From assembly GCA_044892525.1 (NCBI GenBank), contig CM097885.1, forward strand, positions 74,586,001 to 74,650,000: a DNA stretch of 64,000 nucleotides. Reading direction: 5' to 3'. Every line of letters starts with the position of its first letter. Within the stretch, counting starts at the first letter, position 1. Made by a program: the position numbers and the translations under genes. The notes below the pieces were generated by a model. The model saw only the letters and a list, made by a program, of their open reading frames with translations. It searched no databases and was not told where the DNA came from. Below, one piece after another: positions 18,331 to 31,668 of this stretch. The DNA is from Schmidtea polychroa. Its lineage: Eukaryota.

Positions 18331-19599
18331 ATGTTAAACTTCCTAATCAGTTTACAGATATACAGTTTGAATTTTAAGTAAGGGCCGGTCAACTGACTAC
18401 AAGTATATAATCAACAGAATTCTGGATGTTTTTCAAGAAGTGGTTAATTTTGACTACTCGTGTCTGCGTGCGTACACATATTTCCTGGTTGCAGACGCGG
18501 GTAATTAAGTGTATGCTTTTGATTGCTGATTATTAATTCTTCGTTTTTTCTGAAATTATTGGAATTTTAGAGGAACTGAAATTTTGTTTAAAAGGAGAGA
18601 ATTTATAATTTTTTCAAAATAAATATATTTCCGTGTTTTTTTCCAGATTTCATTTTGGATTTTTGATTATGATTGGTATTTGTTTTTATAAGTTTACAAT
18701 CATATATATGTGTGTTTTCAAATGAAATATGTTTCATCTCATTATTATTTTAATATACAATATCATTAAAATAAAATAAAACTTTATTTTAAACCTGGAA
18801 AGCAGAAATTAAATCAGGAAACAAACACTGACTAGGCTGTGATGGTTTCGTGTGACAAAAAATCAAGTTAAAATTGTTAAGCATTGTAATTAGCTAGAAA
18901 CACAAAATGAAGTTGAAACTACATTATAAAGTCGAATAGCTAGAAATAAAGTGTAATGGCTTATTTTGAAAAAAGTTATGAGATTTTATATGTTTTGCAA
19001 AAATTGTTAAAACTATGACATTGTTTCATATTATGAAATTCTTACATAAATAATGTCAATGTAAATATTAAGATGTAAATAAAATAATATAAAATTATTT
19101 AAAACAAGGCGTTATGTTCGAATAAAACGTGTGAAAACTTTAAATATGACACACAACCAAGTTTTTTTTTTAATGTGTCATATGACACATTTGCTTGTTG
19201 GGTATTTTACATTAAAAAATAAAAATTTCTATACGAAATTCCAATCTGATGCGATTCAGATTTGCTGATTACATTTTTTTGGTTATATATTTTTTTAATT
19301 TTCGTAGTAAGCAATGACAATTCAAAATATATTGTTTTGACTACTTCTAATTTTTCTGAGCAATATATGTTTCCAATTTGACAGCACATGAATAAATGTT
19401 ACTTTATGAAAAAATTTCAAGTTTGTTTTTATATAATTGTGAGTTTGTTTTTAAAAAAAGATTATAGAAAATTAATACTCCTCTTACAAATTAACCAAAG
19501 TGAATGTTTTAGCACGCTACTTCGTAAAGGTAGACCTTTCAATTTTAATTAATACAAAGATCATTTCATTTATTTTATATTTTATGATATAGAATGTCA

Positions 19600-21108
19600 A
19601 ATAACCTAAAAAGAAAAAATTATTCAATTGAACATAAGCTGGATGGCATTGTCAAAAAAATACAACATTGGTACATCAATTCTTAGGGGTTGGCACAATT
19701 AAAAAGCACAACTTCTTCAAACTTTAAACAATCAATCCGTGCAAATAAAAGCTGCACGAAGATTACTTGGTGGTGGACGAAAATTGGAATTTCCTGAAAT
19801 TGAAAATGAAGTATTGCAAGGGGTACTTGATAGAAATTCTAAGGGCTTAAGGGTTAAAGATAAGTACATCCAATTAAAATCACAAGAAGTTTGTGAACGT
19901 TTGAAAATGATAGATACTGAAAACAATTCCAAGTTGATTAATTTCAAACATTCATCGCCATGAGTTAGTATCTCGGCGACAAACCACAACAACAAAAAAT
20001 CCCTGAAAATTTTAATGCTATCGTGAACAATTTTTTAAAAAAAATTGAGGAACAAAAAATAGAAATGTGCAATATCATTATTGTCGACCAAGTACTACAC
20101 TATTTCGAATCTGAACCAAAAACGACTATAACCCAGAAGGGATGCAGAGAAGTTTTAACGAGAAAAGCCGGTACCTCACATAAACGTTTCACAACCACAT
20201 TATGTATAACTTTGGAGGGAAAATTTTTAAAACCACACGTTCTGTTCTCGAATTAAAAAAAACCAATTGTAAACAAAAAGTGCCTTGTAGATATGAATAG
20301 AACTGGAATGTTTAACGATGACATCTTGAAACAATATATTAAAGAAATTATTTTGTGTAAGCCACAAACCAGTTTAGCTCGTGATCCAGTAATTCTGATA
20401 ATGGATTCTTAAGGAAGCCATGTAAAATTACATGAATCTAAATATCTGGAAAAATTCAATATTTTTGTTGTTCTAGTTCCTCCGGATTTGACAGGTCTCC
20501 TGCAACCCTTAGACGTTGCAGTAAATCGTAGTTTTCAAGCATATTATAATACACGGTATGATGAATATATATATCAGGAGCACTTAAAAATCCAGAAATG
20601 CAAACTCGACAAGGAAATCCTAAAATTCCTAAGTAGAAAATAGTTAGCGACTGGGTTGTGGACTAAGGATTCTAGTTTTATAGCAAAAGCGTTTAAATGT
20701 TGCGGAATTGTACCTAAAATAGATTTTAATATTGATGCACTCCATACTACTTTACAAAATATTTTGCAACCTACTTTTAATTACGATGATTGGATTCATG
20801 AAAATGAAGATTTAATTGCTGAAAATTCGAATTTTTTTGACAATGAAGATTAGTTTTATCCAGAGGAAGTGTCAACAAGTTTTTTTAGATGTGTTCATCA
20901 GATAAAAGATAAAAACTGTCCTTTTTCAGTTTTTATGAATAATTACATGCCACAAATAATTTCATATATAAAAAGTAATCCAGATACATCTGAGATTTTA
21001 GATGGGCATGACGAAGAACTTATAAGTCATGGCGAGAATTCTTCTTCATATGCTGAAATTTATGCTACTGTCTTAAAAGAAAAATGGTGCATAAAAATAG
21101 TAGAATGA
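19600..21108 (+). mobile_element. Decayed pogo-type (CENP-B HTH + DDE_1) transposase
   Basis: GGGRKLEFPEIENEV HTH; RFTTTLCITLEGKFLKPHVLF; LIMDS*GSH; [21 protein letters not shown]. Confidence 0.8.
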
Positions 21109-21449
21109 GACGAAAATTATGTTCAAGTTGAAACCTTTACGTATGAAGTCGAGTCTCCAAAAAAATCTATTCTGTTAGTCAGAAACGAAAATTTTTTTGC
21201 TTTAAATTTAAAAGCATAGTCTCTTTATATTTACTTAATTTTATCTCATTACATATATATATTTATGTGAAAAGTAATGTTTATGTTCCTATATGTAATG
21301 TTTTTATTTTAATTTAATATACACATAGGAGTTAATAATCCTAAAATGGTGTTATTAAAGGGGTGTGGGCAACATACTGAATTCTGAAAAGTTATGTGTA
21401 TGTTATTTTTCTTATTAATAAAACTTAATTTGAAATATAGTGCCTAGGC

Positions 21450-21698
21450 CAGCGATGGCCAATTGGTGGCTCGCGAAGCGTTTTGATGTGGCCCGGACAC
21501 AATTTTAAACATCAAATCAATAATTGTCTTTTTCAGAATTCATATTCGAATTAAGCATGTTTTTAATTTAAAAAATTGATTCTAAGTTTACTTGAATCGT
21601 AAAAACGAGTTATATTTATTTAAATGAATTCATTGTGGCCCGTGATAGTATTTTTCCGAAAATTTGGCCCTTCGATTGATTTGGGTTGGCCACCACTG
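21450..21698. mobile_element. hAT-type MITE (249 bp)
   Basis: TIRs CAGCGATGGCCAA / TTGGCCACCACTG; perfect 8-bp TSD GCCTAGGC at 21442-21449 and 21699-21706. Confidence 0.85.
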
Positions 21699-21879
21699 GC
21701 CTAGGCGTTCTAAACGAGAAAAAGATGCGAAAAATTTAAAACCGAAATAAAAAGCTTTCCCGAATAGAACGCCTAGGCGCTATGTTCGACGGAAAACTTT
21801 AGTATTGGTATTGGTGAATGAACTCATGATAAACGAAAACGCTGTAAACGAAGGCCACACCCTAACACCTAAAACAGTT

Positions 21880-22200
21880 TCAGTAAAGACAGTTGTTCTG
21901 TGTATGACAGCGTTTTATCACATATTAAATCTCGATTTAATAAGGTGAACGAAGTCTCGTCTTGCTTTAATTTTTTGACTGAGTCCTCACAAAAACTTTT
22001 AACATGCGACCAATTACAAACAAGAATTCGATATATAAGTGAAATTGCAAACGAAATAGTGATTTCCAATTATCAAGTCGATGCTCTTCTGCCCGATTTA
22101 TTTAGTTAACGTATCGCAACTTGAACTTTTGCAATTAATTCACACATACTTTCTTTATGATGCTTACCCAAACTGTGAAATAGCAATTCTTACCATGTTG
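21880..22200 (+). mobile_element. hAT transposase C-terminal remnant
   Basis: YDSVLSHIKSRF...AYPNCEIAIL-like segment typical of region preceding hAT dimerisation domain. Confidence 0.4.
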
Positions 22201-23271
22201 TTTACTAAGTTTTTATGTAATTAGCAATGATCTCCATTGAGTTATGAGTGAAACTTTTAGAAATGAGTATCAATAATGAATTTGCTTAATATAAAGCTCG
22301 AAAAGTTCAATTTTAGCATTACTTTATTAGTTATAATTATCTTGTTTGGGTCTCGGGCGCCAAAATACCTTCCTACAATACATATTAAATGTTAAGTTAA
22401 TTTATTAAAAGCTTATCTACATATACATAATAATTCAAGAGTTTTGAATATAAAATAAAATTATAATTATATAATTGCTAACCATGATCACGTACTTCGA
22501 AACATTGCAAATGTAAATTTTTTTTTCATATTCCTCGTTTATAAATGTTCTTTATTCTAAATGTTTATGTTCATTTTTCAATGAATAATTATTTTCAATT
22601 TACTATGAGAATCATCCATAAACATAATTGTTTGTGATAACAATTTCCTAAAAACTATTAAATAATAATTTTAAAGTTTTTCAAAATTTACTTTGTTAAA
22701 AGGCTTATATTTAAATAATAACATTTAATTTATTCATTTAAACAATATATTTTAGGTTTAATAACAAACTAATTTTCAATAAATAGACTGTCAAATCTTA
22801 TACCAATACCTCAAAACGCAATAAGTTAGGTCCAAGTAGACTTGAATCAAGAGTTTATCAATTATACTAATGTGCAGGTTATTCTTATTTAATTTATTTG
22901 TAGTGAATTTTTTAAGGTAATTATTAGGTTCATCCAAAGTAGCTCAAATAAATTTAGATGTTCAAAAAATTTGCAAATTGATAAAATTCAAAATGATGAG
23001 ACGAATGCAGATATAATAAGATAATTCTTTTATGGGAGGTGTTGGAAGTTTCCAGATGTTTTATGTGTTACAGTAGTGATTGCGTTATGTAGTGAAAATT
23101 GTAGGATCCAACAGAGTCACTCTAAAAATTTATTTGGGACAATTGGATTTTTGTGTGTTGATGTAATATATAATAAAATCTTATTAACAAAATTTATTCA
23201 ACGATAACATAAGAATTAAAAACAACCTTATCAATTTCACCAGTAGTTAGGACGGTTGTTCTCGGTTATAC

Positions 23272-24830
23272 TGTTAGTGTCATACTATAGTATTATATTA
23301 TTAGTATTATACTATAGTATTAGTATTATACTATATTAGTATTATATTAGTATTATATTAGTATTATATTAGTATTATATTAGTATTAGTATTATATTAG
23401 TATTATATTAGTATTATACTATAGTATTATATTAGTATTATACTATAGTTATACTACAGTATTTACAAATAGTGGAATTCGGCACTTGGATCGTATACTC
23501 GTATTAATCAAACTGGAACTTGAATAATTTGTTTTCCTTGGGATAGTCCGGTCCTTTACGATTTTCAAAGACTGAAACTGAGAATCGATTTGTTTAACCT
23601 TATCTTTCTAGGATGATGATTTCTTTTGTTTATTTTATCTTCTTGAGATGATGATTTCCTTGAAATAATACTTTGAAATTTTGAGGAAAGAAGTTGAAAA
23701 TAACTTTATATAATTTTGTATCAATTTTTTCCCAATCTTCTATAGCGATTGAGTGACGATAAATAACGATAAATAATAATTTCTTATTACAAATTAAAAA
23801 AGAACAATATAATGCTACACTACACTACTTCCCCCTTTAAAACTGGAGGTTAACATATATTTATAAAACGTGACATAAAAAGTAACATTTATTAACATTT
23901 TTTTATTTTTTTTTGGTATGTTTTGTCTCCCTTGATCTGTTATCATTGTTTTAGGTTGTCAATATCGAGCTATCCAGTTTAGTTCGATGCTGTTACAGAT
24001 GTTTTGTGCGGATATTTCTTTCAGTGGGATTATTTCGAACCAGTTTATTTTTCTGTCTATTATCGTCAGTAAGTACTTGTATTCGTTATTTGGTGGTAAT
24101 GGTCCTACTATGTCTATGTGTATTGTTTCGAAAGCTTAGCTGCTTGGGAAATCTACTTTTTCTACCGTTAGTTTTTTTGCAGTTTTGTTGATCTGTCAAT
24201 TTTTGCATGTCAAGATGAAATCTTTTATTTCTTTTCGCATGTTTGGCCATATGTATTTGTTGTGGATGATTTCGTATGTGGCCTTGTTTCCTGGATGAAT
24301 GATGTCGTGTATCTTTGAGATGCACTTATTCCAGAGTATTCTTGGTAGGAGTATTCTTGGTGAATATTCGTTACTGACATCGTACCAGCAATTATTGATT
24401 TGTTCGAGTTTTAGGCTATGTGTTGTTGGTAGCTCTTTTATTGTTTCTGCTTGTTTGTTTTTGATTGTTTCAACTTCGAACATTTCGCAGAATTAGAGTG
24501 CGTTAATGTTTGTTTCGGTTCTTGACAATGTGTCTGTTGCTATGTTTGCTGCACCCGCGATATAATTGATTGTGCAGTTGAATTGGGATGTGTAATTTAA
24601 TTGCCTTATTTGCCTTGGTGATGGATTTTTCATTTCTATTGCGTTTGTTAGAGGTATGTGGTCAGTGTAGATCTTGAAGTTCCTTGCTTCTAGTAGGTTT
24701 TAGAAATGTTTTATGGCTTCGTGAATCGCGAGCAGTTCTCGATCGAATGTGGAATATCTTGTCTGTTTTTAATTTCTTGGAGAAGAAACCGACAGGTTTT
24801 TTACCAAATTCATTGTCTTAGACAATAAAT
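23272..24830 (-). mobile_element. Truncated small Ty3/Gypsy element of a different family (RNase H + integrase remnant, PPT, putative 553-bp LTR 23272..23824)
   Basis: minus strand YSTFDRELLAI, YTDHIPL, H..HPG...C..C, IHIDIVGPLP, TDQGRQ; AAAGGGGGAAGTAG then TGTAGTG...CACTAACA. Confidence 0.75.
23281..23455. repeat. Degenerate TATTATATTAG tandem array inside putative LTR
   Basis: directly visible ~11-bp tandem units. Confidence 0.8.
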
Positions 24831-25035
24831 TGAAGAATCATCGAAATCGAATTAGGAAAACGGGACAGGTATAGAGTAGTTAATGGTCAACAAGATGATG
24901 ATTAGGGATTTATCAGAAAATTGTTAGGAAGGGTTGAAAAGCATTCAAATGTGTAAAAACAGAAAACGTTAATTAATTAATTAATTGGTTAATAGAAAAC
25001 CCGAGCCAATGAAGAACCCGAGAGATAAAAGAAAC
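24830..25035 (+). repeat. Fragment of an element-3-family LTR
   Basis: AATCATCGAAATCGAA...GGGACAGGTATAG...GGTCAACAAGATGATG...AACCCGAGCCAATG aligns to 51371-51590 with scattered substitutions. Confidence 0.85.
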
Positions 25036-25377
25036 TTGCCCCACAATACAGACACTGATTATCTTGGCCACTCAAACTAAGCATGTAATTGGTTTACGTT
25101 CAATCTGAACGTACAGCATTTAAATCCACCATTTTTGAAGTTCATTCCCCCACAATAGATGCACAGATAGTCCATGTCGCTCATATCAAGATAAAAAAAA
25201 CCAAAAAAAAATTTAAAAAAAAATAATAATAATAAAAATTATATCTATATATAAAATAATAAAAACAATAAAAATAATTAGAAATAAAAAAAAGACAAAA
25301 AATATATAAAAAAAAATTTAAAAAAAAAAGAATAAGAAAATTAAACAAAAAAAAATTTAAAAAAAAGCCAAAAAAAA

Positions 25378-25548
25378 NNNNNNNNNNNNNNNNNNNNNNN
25401 NNNNNNNNNNNNNNNNNNNNNNNNNNNNNNNNNNNNNNNNNNNNNNNNNNNNNNNNNNNNNNNNNNNNNNNNNNNNNNNNNNNNNNNNNNNNNNNNNNNN
25501 NNNNNNNNNNNNNNNNNNNNNNNNNNNNNNNNNNNNNNNNNNNNNNNN
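25378..25548. other. Assembly gap (N run)
   Basis: N bases. Confidence 1.
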
Positions 25549-25816
25549 AATAACAAAAAAAATAAAAAAGAATAACAAAAAAAACAAATAAAAAAAGTAA
25601 AATTCGGATGGAGGGAACCCTTAGCTTTTTTATATATAGAGAGATTTATTATTATTATTAAATTGTTATTATCAATTCACTAGTAAATTGATAGCAAAAT
25701 TTCTAGTTACGCCACTGTTTGGAATCCCGAGCGGAGGCGAATTAATTAGCTAGTTATTTATATTTATAATTTTATGCAAGAATCAAACCGAAAGATAAAT
25801 GTAAATTCGCCAAAAT

Positions 25817-27313
25817 TTATTCAAATTCAACAGAACAAATAATCATACAATTATTATCAAGCATTTGTAATGCATTCAGATCTGCACGGGTAATTGATAA
25901 TGCATCACTTGGTTCATGTGATTTATTTGCTGGTTTTTTGATTTTCAGTGATTTTGTCAATGATTTTGATTGTTGAGGATTATTTAATGATCTAACATTA
26001 ATATTTATTTTTGCCTTCATTGGCCATTGCAAATCATCATCAAATGCAGCAGAATAAATCCTTAGCCATATATTCAATTTATCAGTTGCATTAATCAGCC
26101 CCAATTGCATTTGATATGGATTCTGGAAAGTATAGAATTTGTCACTGCCCATCCATTGCATTTCATTGATTTTACCGATTGGCAATAGCAGATGCCCATC
26201 ATGCTGCATTTTCAGGAATTTATTGATTCGCTCTATTTCCCTTGCAATGTTATCCTTTTCCCCCTTCATTTCCTGCGCCATCCTATCACTGTCAGCCATC
26301 ACCTGGTGAATGATTTGCACATTTCCATTCAATTCCTGAGATTAATTTATCATCAACAATAACCAAATGCTCTCAATTCTCACTTGGCATTTTCTGTCGA
26401 CAATTTTCATATGCTGTTCCAATTCGAAATGATTGATCTGAATATTTATAAATCAATTGATCAGATCAATTCAATCAATTATTTTACTCTCACAGATTCA
26501 ATTTGCTCATTTATCGATTTGACCGTATCATTTCTGCACCTGTCATTTATCTCGATATCCATCTGATCCAATTTGATCCACAAATTATTATTGTTATTTC
26601 TCATCATGGTTTTCAGCTCTTGATTTTCTTGCTGAATTATGCCAGTTATTAATAAATCAATCAGATATTTGATTTGCCTTTATCATATTGATTTCATTTC
26701 TCAATGATGCAATTGATTCATCTTTTCTCATATCATTCTTCTTTAGCTCATTCATTTCATTTCTCAATGATTCAATTGCTTCATCTTTTCTCATATAATT
26801 TGTCTTTAGCTCATTCATTTCATTTCTCAATTCTCCGATAATTTCAATTAAGATTTTATTGTGGTTGTCAATATTAGAGATGGAAGGCTCATTCAATTTA
26901 TCCTTGCTCATCTCCTTCAACTGACAGCCAATACCGCCAAATGGGCATTCCACATTTCTTTTTGAGCATAATCCCAAATGCTCGTCCATTTCTGTGAGCT
27001 TGCATTCATGATCACAAATTTCATTTGGACATTTCACGGTAATTGTAGAAATTTGTATGTTCAATTTGTGATGTTTTGAAATCTCTAATACATTTTCATA
27101 TTGGCATGCTGGACATTTAGCACCATCATTGGCAATATATTGATTAATACATTCCATACAAAAATTACATCCGCATATTGTTTGATGGGCATTGTTGATA
27201 ATTCCTTTGCAAATTCCACATTTGTAATCCTCAGTTATATCACTGACAATTATAAATTTGTGCTCAGAAAGCAACTGGGAAATTTTATTCAATTTTTCAT
27301 TTATATTCGACAT
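25817..27313 (-). pseudogene. Intronless TRAF-like gene (RING, zf-TRAF, coiled coil, MATH), disrupted in the coiled-coil region
   Basis: CGIC...CGCNFCMEC...CPAC RING; CPNEICDHECKLTEMDEHLGLC; FDDDLQWPMKAKI MATH motif; stops and frameshifts between 26332 and 26657. Confidence 0.8.
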
Positions 27314-28999
27314 TAAATCTAAATAACAAAATAATTTACATTAAATAAATCAAAATTGTTAATCACTAATTCAATACAAAATATTTGAAAAAGAAATCAT
27401 TTAAAATCATTAAAACTTTTTAAAGCATTTAAAAAATCAATAAATAAAAATGTTTCCTTAATTATTATGACAATAAATTTATAATTAAACAGTAACTAAG
27501 TAAATAATGCATTCAATGTATTTTAACAATAACATTAAATATCATGATTAGAACTATATTTAATTATGGAATATAAATTATTTAAATTATTAAATTGTAA
27601 TTTCGATTTATTTAATATCTGTTTCAATTTCTTATACTTTATCATTTTGTTGAGGATACTTAAATAACAAATTTATAAATAAATAAAATTACTTGGGCGA
27701 AGATTGTCATGACAAACGGGACTATCTATGGGAACTCAGATAATTAAACGGAAGTAAAAAGAAATGAGAAATGAGAAAGAGGAATGAAACAAAAGAAATC
27801 AGACATGAAAGCAAAACAGGTCAGCACTAATTAATTAGTACAAAAAGGGAAAAGGAAAATTTTGAAATCGGGTAAATATCAAAACAATAATATTCTTATC
27901 TCGACAGCTTATCAGAGATAACGAAATCGAAACAAAACAGGCCGAAGTTGCAAAAAGGAAAATTAGAAAATATCTCGACAGCTGTCAAAGATAATTCAGT
28001 GGCAGGGGAAAAGTTGGGAAATTATGTGGAAGAATAAAATGGGAAATGAAAGATAAACTCAAGTGCCACAAAGTGACAAGGTATAAAAGGAGGTAGCACA
28101 GTATAAGCAGACAAAACTATAGAGAGGACAACTTAAAACATTAAGAAAACGTGGGAGAATTGTATTAGCGAACAGTTTGGAGAAACAATTGAAGTAGATG
28201 GTAATGTCCATTCCAAACCATGTCCCATCCACACCACTACCCGCCCCCCGGAGAAATTTTTTTTAAACTCGGAATTTTATAACGAACATAAAATTACATA
28301 ATCTATATGTAGAATAAATGCATAGTTTCCATGGAAAATGAGCTCAAAAGTCTCAAACTTCAACATCAAATGCCATAATTTAACATCATTCATATATTAT
28401 CAAACATAGAAAATCTTATATTATAGAAATAAAATCATATTCTTCAACACATGGTGGGACAATGAACAAAAGCTTTAATAAAATACTTGGAAAAATATTT
28501 TAAAAAATATGAAAGTACTTAAGTGAACGTCACAACACTTTGAAATTTTTTATATAAAAATACTTGGAAAAAATTTACAAATTACTAGAAAAAATTACAA
28601 GGAATATTTACAAAATATTTCCAAATCACAAAATCCCCAAAATAAATTTCCCAAATTTTCCCAACTCAAAAATTTCCCAAAATTTAAAAAGTCACAAAAA
28701 TAAATTTCCCAAATTTTCCCTACTCAAAAATTTTCCAAATTTTTCCAACTGACTAGAATTTACAATTCTTTCTTGTCCATTAATTACATTTTGTTATTTA
28801 TTATGTTTTGAATAATTTAAATTTTTACAATTATTTAATCAATTTTTACCAAGTTATTGGTAAATCTCGTGTTTTTAAATCGAAATTTTATTAATTTTTC
28901 ATTCAATTTTATTAAGTGAAGAGTATTTTCTCTTAAAGATCAATTTGTTAATACATAGTTGTGGGTATTTGTTAATAAATACTTGGTTGTTAGTACTTG

Positions 29000-29360
29000 G
29001 TATCTGGTTGATAGAGTTTAGTTGTAGATGTTGACAAGTAGATAGTGTATGTAATGAAGAATATTTTGTATTTAATTGCTTTTATCTTTATGTGTTGCTA
29101 GTTGATTGTTGGTACTTGGTTTTTAATTGTAAGTACTTGACTGATAGTGCGTAGTATCTTGTTGTAAGTACTTGACTGATAGTGTTTGGTATCTTGTTGT
29201 AAGTACTTGGTATCTAGTTGTAAATACGTGTTCGTAAGTTACTGGTAGATGATACCAAGTTGTTGATATCGTGTACTTGGTAGTTGGTACGATGTTGTTA
29301 ACTGATTTTTATTACATAGTTGTAGGTTGATATTTGTTAATTTCTCGATGGGTTTTGATG
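29000..29360. repeat. Degenerate tandem repeat (GTAAGTACTTG / TTGGTATCTTGTT units)
   Basis: repeated GTAAGTACTTGACTGATAGTG and related units. Confidence 0.6.
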
Positions 29361-29639
29361 GTGGTTGTTAGTACATGGTGTTTAAGTGTTTTAAAGTTAA
29401 AGTGTTTAAATTTGATTTTTTTAAACTACAAAAAATTAGGAAAACGGGTAATTTATTTTTTGTTTGGCTTTGATTATTGATAATAAATAAAAATAGATAA
29501 GCTAGGGCGGCAATTAAAACATAAAGAGGACCTATGAAAGCGGTGCCAGCAAAAGACAAAAGAAAAAACTTAAAAGAGTTTATAAATCAAATTTTAAAGA
29601 CTGCACGAAACCGTGTGAGCTTTTAAAATAAATAATCGA

Positions 29640-30070
29640 AATGGGGTTTTTAAATATTTATCCAAATATTGCTCTTGTTCTGAGAATATTTTTAACCTTG
29701 CCAGTTAGCGTAGCAGAGGCAGAGAGGCGTTATAGCGTACTCAAACGAATAAAAAATTATTAAATATCAACCATGATACAGGATCGTGTAAATGGTTTGG
29801 CGACGCTAAATATTAATTGGGATATAGCTAGAAATTTGGACTATTCTGAAATTATAAGTTCTATTGCAGCTTTAAAGGCTCGAAAAGCGCATTTTTAAAT
29901 TTTAATTAATAATACTTTGATATTTATACTTTGATATTCGGAATATATATTTTTTATTTTTGAAATAATAAATTTTTTATCAGTAAAAATTTCATTTTTT
30001 GTATATTTTTCATTATATAGGGGCCACATATAATGTCAGACCTGGACCTCTAAAGGCTCTAACAGGCTCT
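29640..30070 (+). mobile_element. hAT transposon 3' end (dimerisation-domain remnant)
   Basis: TLPVSVAEAERRYSVLKRIKNY*ISTMIQDRVNGLATLNI. Confidence 0.75.
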
Positions 30071-30245
30071 GAGTACATGGTACCATGTTGCAAGTATTTG
30101 GTACTTATTTTTAGCACCTAGTTAAAATATTTAGTAGCTGATTGTTGGTAACTGATTGTTGAATTATTATTATTATTTTTTGTTATTAATATTATAATTA
30201 TTTTTATTATTTTTAATATTGTTTTTTTTATTAATATGATTATTA

Positions 30246-30526
30246 NNNNNNNNNNNNNNNNNNNNNNNNNNNNNNNNNNNNNNNNNNNNNNNNNNNNNNN
30301 NNNNNNNNNNNNNNNNNNNNNNNNNNNNNNNNNNNNNNNNNNNNNNNNNNNNNNNNNNNNNNNNNNNNNNNNNNNNNNNNNNNNNNNNNNNNNNNNNNNN
30401 NNNNNNNNNNNNNNNNNNNNNNNNNNNNNNNNNNNNNNNNNNNNNNNNNNNNNNNNNNNNNNNNNNNNNNNNNNNNNNNNNNNNNNNNNNNNNNNNNNNN
30501 NNNNNNNNNNNNNNNNNNNNNNNNNN
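30246..30526. other. Assembly gap (N run)
   Basis: N bases. Confidence 1.
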
Positions 30527-31668
30527 CATCTAAATTTGCCTTTGAAAATTATTCCATTAAAATTTCCATTAAAATGAACATAAAACTTTATTCCATTTAA
30601 AATTTCCATTAAAAATTATATTCCTCAAAAAAAGTTGGTGGTTATTCAATATTTTGATAATAAATTTAAAAATTATTACTTTAATTTACTTATTACATTA
30701 ATTTACTTTTATTTAAAAATTATTATTTTAATTTACTTATTTAAAAATTATTACTTTTATTTACTTATTTAACTTTAATTTAATTTTTTTAGACCGTTGA
30801 TTACTTAATTAACTTATTTAGACCATTGGTTACTTTAATTTAAAATTTGGATCTTAATTTATTTAACAACTGAATATAACCCTTATATAAATATTTAACC
30901 AATAATTTCACGTAGAGAATGATTAATTGACAAAGATTTGCATCTAAAATTAACATTGAAAAATATTTCATAAAAATTTCCATCTAAAATTAACTTAAAA
31001 AAATTATTCAATAAAAATTTTCAATAAAAATTACTTTAAAAATATTTCATAAAAATTTCCATAAAAAATTAACTTTGAAAAATATTTCATAGAGATTTCC
31101 GTTAAAAATTATCTTAAAAAATTAATTTATAAAAAATTTCATTAAAATATCACTTAAAATAAATTAATCTATAAAAAATTACATTAAAAAACTTTAATTC
31201 TCAAACACCGACTATTATTCCAACTTTTTGTTAATAAATTTTAAAATCTTACTTTAATTACTTTTTACATTACTTTAATTTAATTATTTAAAAATTATTA
31301 CTTTAATTTACTTATTTAACTTTAATTTAAAATTTTTGACCATTGATTACTTAATTCAAAAAATTTGAACCTTAATTAACTTTAATTTAATCTTTTAGAA
31401 CCATAATTTACTTTAATTTAAAATTTTAGAATCTAAATTTACTTTAATTCAAAAATTTGGACCTTAATTATTTGAACCCATTGGTTACTTTAATTTTATT
31501 TTTTAGACCATTATTCAATTTTTAGCCGATAATTTACTATAATTCAAAAATCTGAGACCATAATTCAAAAATTTGGACCATAATTTACTTTAATTTTAAA
31601 TTTAAGACCCATAATTTCCTGTAATTTTAAATTTTGATCCATAATTTACATTAATTTAAAATTTTACG

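Noticed and set aside
22900-23170. Possible host exon(s) in a less AT-rich patch
   Set aside because: No sustained ORF or recognisable motif.
27700-28200. Purine-rich segment with TATAAAA, possibly a solo LTR
   Set aside because: No second copy, PBS, PPT or TSD identifiable in the window.
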